DNA of 48,953 bases, counting the filler, from Candidatus Eiseniibacteriota bacterium (lineage in GTDB: Bacteria; Orphanbacterota; Orphanbacteria; Orphanbacterales; Orphanbacteraceae), in NCBI GenBank assembly GCA_043809585.1. It is 2 parts of 2 records of this genome, joined end to end, with 100 filler letters (N's around TTAATTAATTAA, not from the genome) between each part and the next. Parts side by side here need not be neighbours in the genome. Positions count along the whole stretch, not along the records: positions 27,561 to 48,953 come from JBDROZ010000110.1; 1 more part is not named here. The stretch is one strand, 5' to 3'. Position numbers and translations under genes: made by a program. A model generated the notes under the pieces. The model was not told the DNA's origin and ran no database searches. It saw nothing but the letters and a program-made list of their open reading frames with translations. Below, piece by piece: positions 32,243-41,612 of the stretch; position 1 is the stretch's first letter; every line of letters begins with the position of its first letter.

Positions 32243-32561
32243 GGTGGTCATCGTGGTCCTCCTGGCCTTTCCGGCCACGCCGCGCCCCCCTTGACGCCGA
32301 GTCCCCCAGAGGTATAGGCTCTATCTACCATCGATCAGCTCTGCATCTCGACCTCGCAACAGATCTGCGTGCTGATGTGTTTCCCGTCCGGGTACGCTGC
32401 AACTTTCCAGATATGCGGCAAACCTCGAATGCCTATCCGGACAGATCCGAAAAGGCGGGCAGCGCAAGGTCCTCGGAGAGATCAGACTCCGAAGGCGCTG
32501 GCCCACGAGCCAGGGATAATCTAGAACAGCCTTGGAGACAACCAAGAAGGAGGTTGCCAGG

Positions 32562-32903
32562 ATGCAGGAGAATCGGATTAAAGTTGCGCCCAATACTGTT
32601 GCGTACGCTGACGGGGAGAAGAACAAGCTAGTGGTGGAATTCGCTATCCCAGGAGCGCCAACGGACACCATCGATCTGAAGCTCCTGCCAGACAGTGTCC
32701 ACCTGACCGCGCCAGCAAGGGACATCGAGTATGTTTCAGCACTGGCTCTGGCCTGGCCGGTGAAGCCTGACAAAGCCGAAGCGATCTATGCGCATGGCTT
32801 GCTCCGAGTCGAAGTGCCCTTCAAAGATCCGATGGAAGATGCTGTGAAAGTCGCCATCAAGGCAGGTGGCGCGGAAATCAAGACCAAGGAAATCGAAACC
32901 TAA
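32562..32903 (+). CDS. Hsp20/alpha-crystallin family small heat-shock protein
   Basis: EFAIPG, AEAIYAHGLLRVEVP; AGGAGG RBS. Confidence 0.85.
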   Translation: MQENRIKVAPNTVAYADGEKNKLVVEFAIPGAPTDTIDLKLLPDSVHLTAPARDIEYVSALALAWPVKPDKAEAIYAHGLLRVEVPFKDPMEDAVKVAIKAGGAEIKTKEIET

Positions 32904-33116
32904 CGTCAATGACCGCTCTATCGTCGCCACGTGTTTTCGCGAATCGACCGCCGGGCGTCTTCGCGGACAGGTCGCCACCTGTTTTCGTGGGAAGGTGAGC
33001 CAGGGGCGGCGAGCCACAGCGCGGGGTAAGCGCTCCCTGCCGACCGGGCTCGCGTGGGGAGCGGGCAGCAGAGCCTGGCGACGGGGGAGCGGGCGGAGCG
33101 GCTGGCCAGTGAGTCT

Positions 33117-33138
33117 GATGGGGTTTGCGGTAGGGACA
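33117..33138 (+). repeat. Solo IS right-end copy
   Basis: GATGGGGTTTGCGGTAGGGACA, 21/22 identical to 32221-32242. Confidence 0.7.
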
Positions 33139-33176
33139 CCCGTCGAATCAGTCCCTTGATGTGGCCAGTACCCTGC

Positions 33177-33626
33177 TCAGGAACGCGCCAGATTCGGACC
33201 CGACGGACCATCGGCCCGAGTCGTGGCCGACCCAGCCTGAACAAAAGGCACGTACGCCCGGTCGTCTTGGAGAATGTGATGGAGCCACCATGCCCGGAGA
33301 TACTCAAGGAGCGCCTCGGGCACGCTCTCCACGCCAAGAGTCGTCGCGGTGCAAAATTCCACGGTCTTCTTTCGGTAGGCCCGGTGATGACGTTTGTGGG
33401 GTTCGAGATCCGGGTAACCTAACTCCTCAAGGAGACTCTCTTCGTAGCGGAGGTGCTTCTGAGCGTAGGCGGTCATCTCGGTGAGGAGATCCCCGATCGT
33501 CTCCGATCGCACGGTGGCTTCTTTCTCGTCGATGAGACGATTGATCATTCTGAAGATCTGCCTGTGTTGCTCGTCAATCTCCGCGATACCGAGACTGCAG
33601 CTCTCCGACCACTCCAACCGGTCCAT
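33177..33626 (-). CDS. Bacteriohemerythrin
   Basis: W....LGIAEIDEQH, HLRYEE, HKRHH, WWLHHILQDD. Confidence 0.93.
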   Translation of the reverse strand: MDRLEWSESCSLGIAEIDEQHRQIFRMINRLIDEKEATVRSETIGDLLTEMTAYAQKHLRYEESLLEELGYPDLEPHKRHHRAYRKKTVEFCTATTLGVESVPEALLEYLRAWWLHHILQDDRAYVPFVQAGSATTRADGPSGPNLARS

Positions 33627-33817
33627 AAGGCACCCCTTTCGGTAGGGGATCCGCAATGCCGCAGATCGGTGTGGCCCGGCACTCAGCGGATCCCGCTCAC
33701 TCCTTCCTCGTCATATTATCGGCAGGGGGCTGCGCTTGCTCCATTCCTACCCGGCTCAATTATTCCATCCGCGTTGGTCTACTTGACCTTACGGCGATTG
33801 TGAATCCAGAAGCAGTC

Positions 33818-34810
33818 CTACTGACTGCGGGCACACCGAAACCCGTAGTCGCTGCCCGTGAGCCACGGGTAGACGTAGCCGTCCCGAGCCGAACAGCGCA
33901 GGCTGCCCACGTAGCTGACCCACGAGCCCCCGCGCAACAACCGATACGAGCCGGAGCCCGGTCCCGTTGGATCGGTCACAGAGAACGTTCCCAGATCACA
34001 CAGCTGCCAGTCGTTGCACCACTCCCACACGTTCCCGGCCATGTCGTAAAGCCCGAGTGACGAAGGCGCCGCAGGGTACGAACCAACAACGGACGTAGAA
34101 CCTACACAACCAAAGTAGTTCGCCCGACTGCAGGACGGCGAGTCGTTCCCCCACGGATAGATCCGCTCATCGTCGTATTGTGCGGCGAATTCCCATTCGG
34201 CGTCCGTCGGAAGACGGTACCCCGCCGCCGTGTACGGATTCCCTCCGTTACATTGCCACGTCGAATGACTATACGCCCTCGTGAGCCCGGCTTCCATGCT
34301 CACCCAATCGCAATAGGCCGCGGCACCGTACCAGGAAACTGCGACCAGTGGATAGTCCTCTTTTCCAGGATCGACCCTGAACGATCCTGCGCTGAAGTAA
34401 ACCTGGCAGTAGGAGTTGGCCAGATCAACCAACTGGACCGTGCTCCCGTCCAGATTGTCGTTGACCGAGGAGGGCGTGGCCGTCACGTAACCCTGGTCGT
34501 AGGCCACCTGGACCGCGTCCCTGTACTCCTGGTTCGTCACCTCGTGCTGTCCGAGGTAGAAGTCGTGCGTGAGCGCAACCTGGTGCTGGCTCGTCCCGCA
34601 GTACGCCGCACCGTCCCCCATGATGAAGACTCCGGCCGGGACGAGCACCATCAGCACGGGCCTTTCGTCGAACGTGATGCTGTCGATGTCCGCAAGTGCG
34701 TGTGTCTCGACGGTCGCCCCCTTATGAATCCGCATATTCCATCCGCCCTGGCTCACGGAGGCGCTGAGTATCAGAGCCGGTAGCAGGATCAGCATGATGC
34801 GCCGCAGCAT
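33818..34810 (-). CDS. Secreted FGE-sulfatase (SUMF1 / C-type lectin fold) domain protein
   Basis: FIMG, HEVTN, YRLPTDAEWEFAA, DMAGNVWEW, RGGSW, GFRC. Confidence 0.92.
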   Translation of the reverse strand: MLRRIMLILLPALILSASVSQGGWNMRIHKGATVETHALADIDSITFDERPVLMVLVPAGVFIMGDGAAYCGTSQHQVALTHDFYLGQHEVTNQEYRDAVQVAYDQGYVTATPSSVNDNLDGSTVQLVDLANSYCQVYFSAGSFRVDPGKEDYPLVAVSWYGAAAYCDWVSMEAGLTRAYSHSTWQCNGGNPYTAAGYRLPTDAEWEFAAQYDDERIYPWGNDSPSCSRANYFGCVGSTSVVGSYPAAPSSLGLYDMAGNVWEWCNDWQLCDLGTFSVTDPTGPGSGSYRLLRGGSWVSYVGSLRCSARDGYVYPWLTGSDYGFRCARSQ

Positions 34811-34894
34811 TGTTCTCTCTCCTCTTGTTCGCTCACCTTTCCGTCTCCAACCCCATTCGTCGCTTGCTCGCCCGCACTTGACGACGACCGTTCC

Positions 34895-35461
34895 CTATCG
34901 CAAGAGAACCATCTTCCTGCTCTCCGTGACCCCCGCCGCGGTCAGCTGCGAGAAGTAGACTCCGGCGGGAACCTCCTGCCCGGAGTTGTCCCGACCATCC
35001 CAGATCACACGCTGGGGGCCGGACGGTTGTTCCCCCTCCACGAGCGTGCGGACCAGCCGCCCGTTTACCCCATAGATCTTGAGCTGCACCGCTCCCGCGT
35101 CCGGAAGCTGAAACGCGATTCTTGTCTCCCGCGAGAAGGGATTCGGCTGGTTCGGAAACAGGTTCAAGATCTTAGGCAGCGCAGCCGCCACCGCAGGATT
35201 CTGGATGCCAGTCACGATATCCGAGAAATCAATTCGTTGGATCGTCACAAGCGGATAGAGGTCAAGCGCCCCGCCCGTCACCACCCGCAAGGTGTCGTTC
35301 AAGAAATCGACCCGCTCAATCTCGCTGACGGGGTAGCAGGTGTGTGCGCCTCCCTCCACGTAGATCGCCAAGACCGGCTCCTCCCCCCAGACCGCTCCAC
35401 CGAGCGCCAATGCCAGGAGAAGCGCGGCTCCCGCGAGGATAGATGGCAGTCTTCTTATCAT
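34895..35461 (-). CDS. Small secreted protein with FlgD-Ig/T9SS-like tail
   Basis: Signal peptide; two YPxxxIxRxDF repeats; NQPNPF...AGVYF...RKMVLLR. Confidence 0.85.
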   Translation of the reverse strand: MIRRLPSILAGAALLLALALGGAVWGEEPVLAIYVEGGAHTCYPVSEIERVDFLNDTLRVVTGGALDLYPLVTIQRIDFSDIVTGIQNPAVAAALPKILNLFPNQPNPFSRETRIAFQLPDAGAVQLKIYGVNGRLVRTLVEGEQPSGPQRVIWDGRDNSGQEVPAGVYFSQLTAAGVTESRKMVLLR

Positions 35462-35557
35462 GTGTTTCCTCCTTTCCGTGCTGGATCATCTTGCGGTCGG
35501 CAGGTAGCGCCCTCTGGATCTCCACCGCAGAAACCAGAACCTCAATGCCCAGCACCA

Positions 35558-36544
35558 TCACTGACTGCGGGCACACCGAAACCCGCTGCCGTAGTCCGGG
35601 TACGACGGGACGGTGCCGCCCCGGAACGCGCAGGGAAGGGTGTACGAGTCGCTGTACCACGAACCCCCGTGCAACACCCGATCCGTGCCCGAAACAGGCC
35701 CCACCGGATCGATCACGGGACCCGTTCCCAAGTCGCACACCCACCAGTCATTGCACCACTCCCACACGTTCCCCGCCATGTCCGAGAGTCCCAGAGCGGC
35801 TGGCGCATCCGGATAGCTCCCCACCGGGGATGTTGTACCAATACAGGAATAGAAGTTGGCTCTGCTACAGTCCGCTGACTCATTCCCCCACGGATACCAC
35901 CGCTCATCGTCGTACTGCGCCGCGTACTCCCACTCAGCGTCCGTGGGAAGACGATGCCCGGAGGCCGTGTATGGATTCCCGCTATTGCACTGCCACGTCG
36001 AATGGTCGTAGGCTCGTGCAACTCCCACCTGCACGCTCAGCCAGTCGCAGTAGGCAGCCGCCCCATACCAGGACACCTCAATCACAGGGTGGTTCTCCTT
36101 GCCCGGATCGACTGTGAACGTTCCCCCGCTGAACGAGATCTGACAATACGAGCTGGCCAAGTCGACCAACGTCGCCGTGCTCCCATCAAGATTGTCGGTA
36201 ACGACGGACGATATGGCCGTGACATACCCCTGATCATAGGCCCACTGGAGAGCGCATCGATACTCCTCGTTCGTGACCTCATGTTGGCCCAGATAGAAAT
36301 CCCGGGTCAGCGTCACCTGATGCTCCCGCGTTCCGCAGTAGGTCGCCCCATCGCCCATGACGAACACCCCGGCAGGGACGCGCACCATTGGCGGCGTCTT
36401 GTAGAAAGAGAGACTGTCAATCTCCGCAATAGGGTGCCCCTCGACGGTCGCCCCCTCGTGGATCCGCATCCAGTATTCGCCCTCGCTCATGGATGCGCTG
36501 AGCATCAGAGCAGGTAGCAGGATCAGGATTGTGCGCCGTAGCAT
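35558..36544 (-). CDS. Secreted FGE-sulfatase domain protein, paralog of 33818-34810
   Basis: Same motifs; near-identical signal peptide; ends GFRCARSQ. Confidence 0.92.
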   Translation of the reverse strand: MLRRTILILLPALMLSASMSEGEYWMRIHEGATVEGHPIAEIDSLSFYKTPPMVRVPAGVFVMGDGATYCGTREHQVTLTRDFYLGQHEVTNEEYRCALQWAYDQGYVTAISSVVTDNLDGSTATLVDLASSYCQISFSGGTFTVDPGKENHPVIEVSWYGAAAYCDWLSVQVGVARAYDHSTWQCNSGNPYTASGHRLPTDAEWEYAAQYDDERWYPWGNESADCSRANFYSCIGTTSPVGSYPDAPAALGLSDMAGNVWEWCNDWWVCDLGTGPVIDPVGPVSGTDRVLHGGSWYSDSYTLPCAFRGGTVPSYPDYGSGFRCARSQ

Positions 36545-36624
36545 GGTTCTCTCCCCTCACGTTCGGTCACTTTTCCGGCTCAAGGCTAATTTTCCACTCG
36601 CATGCCCGTACTGGCTGGCAGACC

Positions 36625-36720
36625 TCAGTGGATCAGCACCATCTTCCTCACCGCCCCGTGTACTTGCCCGCGTGGAGGCGCGCGGCACCCCGATCCCCCG
36701 CGAGCGCTCCCACAGGCGCG
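36625..36720 (-). pseudogene. Remnant of a FlgD-Ig tail coding sequence
   Basis: ...AGG AAG ATG GTG CTG ATC CAC TGA (RKMVLIH*), echoing the 3' ends at 36762 and 34895; the upstream part is disrupted. Confidence 0.5.
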
Positions 36721-36761
36721 GCCCCTGGCGAGGAGACGCCGCCTGACCGATAGCCTGCGCG

Positions 36762-38249
36762 CTATCGCACCAGCACCATCTTCCTCGTCGCCGTGAAGTC
36801 ACCGGCCTGGAGGCGGGCGAAGTAGATGCCGGAGGGGATGGCGCGGCCATGCTGATCCCGTCCGTCCCACAGAACGACGCTTTCTCCGGGGCCGTGACGA
36901 CTTCTCACGAGCTCGGCAATCCGTCGCCCGCTCGTGTCGTACACCTCAAGTACGACGTCCTGCGGTTCAGAGAGATCGAAGCGGACACTCGCGGTGGGGT
37001 TTAACGGATTCGGCGAAACCGGAGCCAGGAACATCCCACGAATCGAGGGAGAAGAAGCCATGATTACGTCGGTCACGACACCCTGAGTGTCTGTCTTGAC
37101 CAGGTAGCCTTCCCACGAAGCGTCCGCCGTAGCAAGTACGCCCGCGACAACGTACCCGCTGTCCCCGGTTACGTCGAGCGCTCCCCCCCCGTCGCTGCCG
37201 TTCCGCCCGAATGTTCTTTCCCACACGACGGTACCGAGGGAATCGGTCTTCAGCAGACAGACATCGCCCGAATCCGGACCGACCGGATCTGTCGTAAAGG
37301 CCAGAACGAATCCCCCGTCGGGGGTTTGCGCCACGCAAGATCCGCGTAAAGTAGGGGCACCCGAATAGGTCTTCGCCCAAAGAGAATCGCCCGCCGCGTT
37401 CAGGCAAAGGAGAAGAGCGTCCCTCGACCCCGGATTACTGCCAGCAGTCCCGCCAGCAACAAGATAGTCACCGGCCCTCGTGCGGATCACCGTCGTTCCG
37501 GCGTCGTAATCCGCCCCTCCATAGTGGCGTTGCCACGCGGGATTCCCCAGCGAATCGGTCTTAATGACATAAACGTCTGTCGTGTCCGGCGCCGACTGGC
37601 CCATCACGCCGCAGATGATGTAGCCGCTCTCCGGCGTCTGTTGGACGAAGTATCCCCGGTCAACGCCATCTCCCCCAAACACGCGCGCCCAGCTTCTCCG
37701 ACCGACCGAATCCGTCTTGATCAGCCAAACGTTGTTGCCTCCGGGAGGCATGTAATTGCTCGTCTGAGCTGCAATGATGAAGCCTCCGTCCGTTGTCTGC
37801 TCCACCCAATAGCCACTGTCCCCGTCGAATCCACCATAAGTCGAATCCCAGAGGACATTCCCAAATCCGTCGATGCGGACCAGCCAAACGTCTGCGCTGC
37901 CATGGCCGTAGGAAACTGTCTCGCCGACGAATACGTATCCCCCATCACTTGTCTGGCGGATGCACTTCGCGTCATCGAGTGAGTCCCCACCATAGAACCT
38001 CGTCCACAGGGTATCGCCGTCGCCGTTCGTCTTCACAACCCATACATCCCCTCCACTGAACCCCAACGAAAACGTCCCACCTGCGGCAACGTATCCCCCA
38101 TCCTCCGTTTGCTGAACGGACATGAACATATCGAGATTCGAGCCTCCGTACCTCCGCTCAAACTCCCCACTCGCTACACTCAGGGTAGAAAGAGCAAGCA
38201 ACGCAAAGATAACCACTAGAGGCACCATCCCGCGAGTTCTCTCTCTCAT
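36762..38249 (-). CDS. Secreted beta-propeller-like repeat protein with FlgD-Ig tail
   Basis: About seven repeats W.r.YGG...D....V.QT.DGGY..AG...DVWLIKTD..G; PNPLNP...RKMVLVR. Confidence 0.88.
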   Translation of the reverse strand: MRERTRGMVPLVVIFALLALSTLSVASGEFERRYGGSNLDMFMSVQQTEDGGYVAAGGTFSLGFSGGDVWVVKTNGDGDTLWTRFYGGDSLDDAKCIRQTSDGGYVFVGETVSYGHGSADVWLVRIDGFGNVLWDSTYGGFDGDSGYWVEQTTDGGFIIAAQTSNYMPPGGNNVWLIKTDSVGRRSWARVFGGDGVDRGYFVQQTPESGYIICGVMGQSAPDTTDVYVIKTDSLGNPAWQRHYGGADYDAGTTVIRTRAGDYLVAGGTAGSNPGSRDALLLCLNAAGDSLWAKTYSGAPTLRGSCVAQTPDGGFVLAFTTDPVGPDSGDVCLLKTDSLGTVVWERTFGRNGSDGGGALDVTGDSGYVVAGVLATADASWEGYLVKTDTQGVVTDVIMASSPSIRGMFLAPVSPNPLNPTASVRFDLSEPQDVVLEVYDTSGRRIAELVRSRHGPGESVVLWDGRDQHGRAIPSGIYFARLQAGDFTATRKMVLVR

Positions 38250-38894
38250 CGCTCTCTCCTTCTGCCAGAGGCAGATTGCCCACGTGCTTCGATGCACACT
38301 TGTAGGATCATGTTCCTACTCCGACCACCGTCAAACGGCAGAACCGGTAGCCGATAGACTGAACACCATGCCAATGCATGAGACGCGACCACCAGATCAT
38401 GCGATATGGAAATGCAGCAACAATGCGATGGTATAACTAGTGTCCTGAATCATAGGTCCGAAGTCATGTTTTCGGACGTAATCCCTTGGGAGACAATGCG
38501 AATCTCCGCAAGAGTAGGACGACGGATTTCTAACTCAGGACAGTAGATGAAGTATACCACATTCAAAGGTTTTTGCACAAGGTGACTTTAGAGCCCAGAA
38601 CCCCGGCCGCTCAGGCCCCCACCGCAACGCTCCAACCGAAGTCCTTCTTCACGCCCCCTCGGTGGTCTTCGCGGGGAAGTGTCGTTGTCGCCGAGGGGGA
38701 GGTTAATCGTCGTTGACCAGACCTACGCCGAGGTCTTCCTGAGCCTCACGTCCCCCTCCTCTCTTCAGGGTCGCCCTCGCGTTAGTCGTCATTCCCGTAA
38801 CCCTTTGTGGCTAGGTTTTTAAACTAAGCGATGCTAGGTTTGCATTCCCGCAAACCGCGCCTCTGTAAGTCATTGATATTGCTGGAATTAAAAC

Positions 38895-38934
38895 TGGCTC
38901 CCCGAGTAGGACTTGAACCTGCCACCGAACGATT
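38895..38934 (-). other. 3' fragment of a tRNA (Asn-like), probable att site
   Basis: GGTGGCAGGTTCAAGTCCTACTCGGGGAGCCA: T-arm, acceptor 3' strand, G discriminator and CCA; no D-arm or 5' half upstream. Confidence 0.75.
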
Positions 38935-39022
38935 TGCGAAGGGGTGCGGGGCGGGAGTGCGGGGGGCGCGGGAATGGGCATGGTGAACGGAGGTGGACGG
39001 CGGCGACGGATCGACGGGCGCC

Positions 39023-41566
39023 CTACTCTCGCCGTGCGTCTCGGCTCGGGCGTTCGAGTTCATAGCGCCGGATCTTGTTGCGGAGGCCACGGAGGGAGAG
39101 ACCGAGGTCGCGGGCGGCCTGGCTCCGGTTGCCGCCGGTCCGTTCGAGGGCGGCGCGGACGCGGCGCTTCTCGAGGGCTTCCACTTCGTCCTTGAGGGTC
39201 AGGGCGGCGCGGCCGGGTGAGACGAAGCCTTCGCCGGCGGGGGCGACTTCGGCGGAGAGGTGCTCCACATCGATCGTGTTCTCCGGCGCGAGGAGCACGG
39301 CGCGGAGGATCGACTTCTCGAGCTCCCTCACGTTCCCCGGCCATGCGTATCGCAGGAGAACCCCCTCGGCGGCGGGCGAGATCCGGAGCATGGGCCGGTC
39401 GAACTCGCGGCGGTAGCGATCGAGGAAGTGCCTCGCGAGAAGCCCCACGTCTCCGGCCCTCTCCCGGAGGGGGGGCAGGCGGAGCATGATGTCGTTCACC
39501 CGGTAGTAGAGGTCCTTCAGGAACCGGTCGGCCGCCATGTCCTCCCGGAGCTTCATGTTCGACGTGGCGCAGATGACGCGCACGTCCACGGCCCGGTAGT
39601 GGTTGCTGCCGACGGGACGGATCATTCCCTGGTCGAGCACGTGAAGGAGCGACCGCTGTACGTGAGGACCCGCCTTGCCGATCTCGTCGAGGAGGATCGT
39701 GCCCCCGTCCGCCTCTTCGAAGAGCCCCTTCCGGTCGACGGCGGCGCCGGTGAACGCGCCCTTCATGTAGCCGAACAGCTCGGACTCGAGAAGCTGCTCG
39801 GGGAGGGAGGAGCAGTTGATCGTCACGAAGGGGCGTTCCGCCCGGGGACTCGAATCGTGGATGGCCTTCGCGAGGAGCTGCTTGCCCGTCCCCGTGTCCC
39901 CTTCGATCAGCACCGTGATCGAATGCCTGGCGATTCGCTTTGCGATGTCGATCACCTCCCGGGTGGCCCGATCGCGGGTCACGATGCTGTCGAAGGGGGA
40001 GACCGAATCAGAGCGGGAGGGGGTCATCCGATCGAGGAGGGTCTCCGCCTCGGTCACCCCCGCTTCGTCGCCGAGCTTCTCGAAGGCGCGCATCGCCCCC
40101 TCGAGATTCGAACGGGCCTGGCCCGCGGCGCCGGCGCGCATCCAGTGACGAGCGAGTTCGACCGAAACCGCGGCCGCCTCCCGGACGTCGCCGATCTCCT
40201 CGAAGAGCCGCTTGGCGCCGAGAAGATCGGTGAGGACCTTCTCGTCGTCCCGGTCCTGTCTTCCCGCTTCGATCCGGCCCGCCACGACCCGGGCCTTCGC
40301 CAGCTCCCGGTGGTAGCCGATTCGCTCGAAGAAGCGGACCGCTTCGACGATCTCCTCCGCCGCCTTCGACCACTCCTCGCGAAGGGCGGCGGTCTCGGCG
40401 AGGATTCGGCGCTGCCGTCCCTCGAGGGCGAGATCGCCGACCGCGGCGAGGGGGCCGGTCATCTCGATGGCGAGACGCTCCGCCTCGTCCGGCCTGCCCC
40501 GTTCCAGATGAAAGTCGGCGAGATCGAGGGCCGCGGCGGCGGCGAGATCGCCGCTCCGCGCGATGCCTCGGGCGATGCGAAGGGCCTGGGTCAGCCGACG
40601 CTCCCCCTCTCCGTCAAGGCCGCGCCGGGTCGCGCCGAGCCCCTCGAGCCCTTCGATCAGGACCCGCTCCCGGGGAAAGCGCCCGCCGGCGCACATCTCG
40701 TCCGCCCTGTCCATGCACTCCCGAAAGTCCTCCATCGCCCCCCGGTCGAGGAAGAGCCGCGCGAGTGCGATGAGCGCCCGGGCGGCGCCCAGCTCGTAAC
40801 CGATTTCAACGAAGATCCGGAGCGCCTCCCGCGTCGCCGCTTCGGCGTCGTCACCGTGGCCGAGACGGTACGACAGGTTTCCCCGGTTCAGGCTCGCCGA
40901 GCCGTGGAGATAGTAGAAGCCTTCGTCCTCGGCCCGGCGGCGCGCCCGGTCGAGGGAGCGGAACGCCTCTTCCCAACGGCATTCCGACTTGGCGAGGGTG
41001 CCGAGGTGGATCCATGTGCGGCACTCCCCTTCGGCGTCCCCCGCGATGCGATAGTGGATCATCGCCTCTTCGTAGTGGTCCCGGGCCTCCGATGACCTTC
41101 CTTCCCGCTGGGACACGATGCCGAGGAGGGAGCGGGCGGCGCCGATCCGGTCGGGATCGCCCGACTTCTCGGCGAGGGCGAGGGCTTGAACGGCCCGGGC
41201 CCCCGCGGCCGGAAGTTCCCCCCGCTCGAGGGCGATGCGCCCTTCCAGCAGGACCATGCCGGGCCGCTTCCCCTCCTCTCCCACGAGACGCTCCGCGATG
41301 CGGCTCGCCTCGACGTACTCTCCGGTCCAGAAGTAGCACCAGGCGAGCTTCTCCGTCAGGCCGGCCCGGTCGGCGTCGGAAAGATGGACGGCGTCGCCGA
41401 GGGCGGCGCGGAATTCGGCGATCGCGTCGGCGTAGCGGCTGCTCTGCAGGTAGAGTTCCCCGAGGTCGCCCGACGATTCGGTGCCGGGCGCGACCGGATC
41501 GATGCCGAGCATCTTGCCGATCTCGGCCAGACTCTTCCTCAGTTTGTTCGGTTCCCGAAAGCGCAT
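39023..41566 (-). CDS. Sigma-54-dependent enhancer-binding protein with a long N-terminal TPR region and Fis HTH
   Basis: GDTGTGKQ, ESELFGYMKGAFTGA, ILLDEI, WPGNVREL, GNRSQAARDLG; about 500 aa of TPR-like helices; no receiver domain. Confidence 0.93.
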   Translation of the reverse strand: MRFREPNKLRKSLAEIGKMLGIDPVAPGTESSGDLGELYLQSSRYADAIAEFRAALGDAVHLSDADRAGLTEKLAWCYFWTGEYVEASRIAERLVGEEGKRPGMVLLEGRIALERGELPAAGARAVQALALAEKSGDPDRIGAARSLLGIVSQREGRSSEARDHYEEAMIHYRIAGDAEGECRTWIHLGTLAKSECRWEEAFRSLDRARRRAEDEGFYYLHGSASLNRGNLSYRLGHGDDAEAATREALRIFVEIGYELGAARALIALARLFLDRGAMEDFRECMDRADEMCAGGRFPRERVLIEGLEGLGATRRGLDGEGERRLTQALRIARGIARSGDLAAAAALDLADFHLERGRPDEAERLAIEMTGPLAAVGDLALEGRQRRILAETAALREEWSKAAEEIVEAVRFFERIGYHRELAKARVVAGRIEAGRQDRDDEKVLTDLLGAKRLFEEIGDVREAAAVSVELARHWMRAGAAGQARSNLEGAMRAFEKLGDEAGVTEAETLLDRMTPSRSDSVSPFDSIVTRDRATREVIDIAKRIARHSITVLIEGDTGTGKQLLAKAIHDSSPRAERPFVTINCSSLPEQLLESELFGYMKGAFTGAAVDRKGLFEEADGGTILLDEIGKAGPHVQRSLLHVLDQGMIRPVGSNHYRAVDVRVICATSNMKLREDMAADRFLKDLYYRVNDIMLRLPPLRERAGDVGLLARHFLDRYRREFDRPMLRISPAAEGVLLRYAWPGNVRELEKSILRAVLLAPENTIDVEHLSAEVAPAGEGFVSPGRAALTLKDEVEALEKRRVRAALERTGGNRSQAARDLGLSLRGLRNKIRRYELERPSRDARRE

Positions 41567-41612
41567 ATCCTTCTCCGCCGATTTCGATCCCGCCGGGGCC
41601 CCGGAACGCCCG

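Noticed and set aside
29039-33800. CRISPR array or integron attC array
   Set aside because: Repeats are irregularly spaced, occur in both orientations and match IS ends; no cas or intI gene is present.
33800-38900. A complete DGR cassette
   Set aside because: No reverse transcriptase, Avd or AAC-rich template repeat is visible in the window.
38895-38975. An intact tRNA gene
   Set aside because: The 5' acceptor strand, D-arm and anticodon are absent, and the T-stem has a mismatch.
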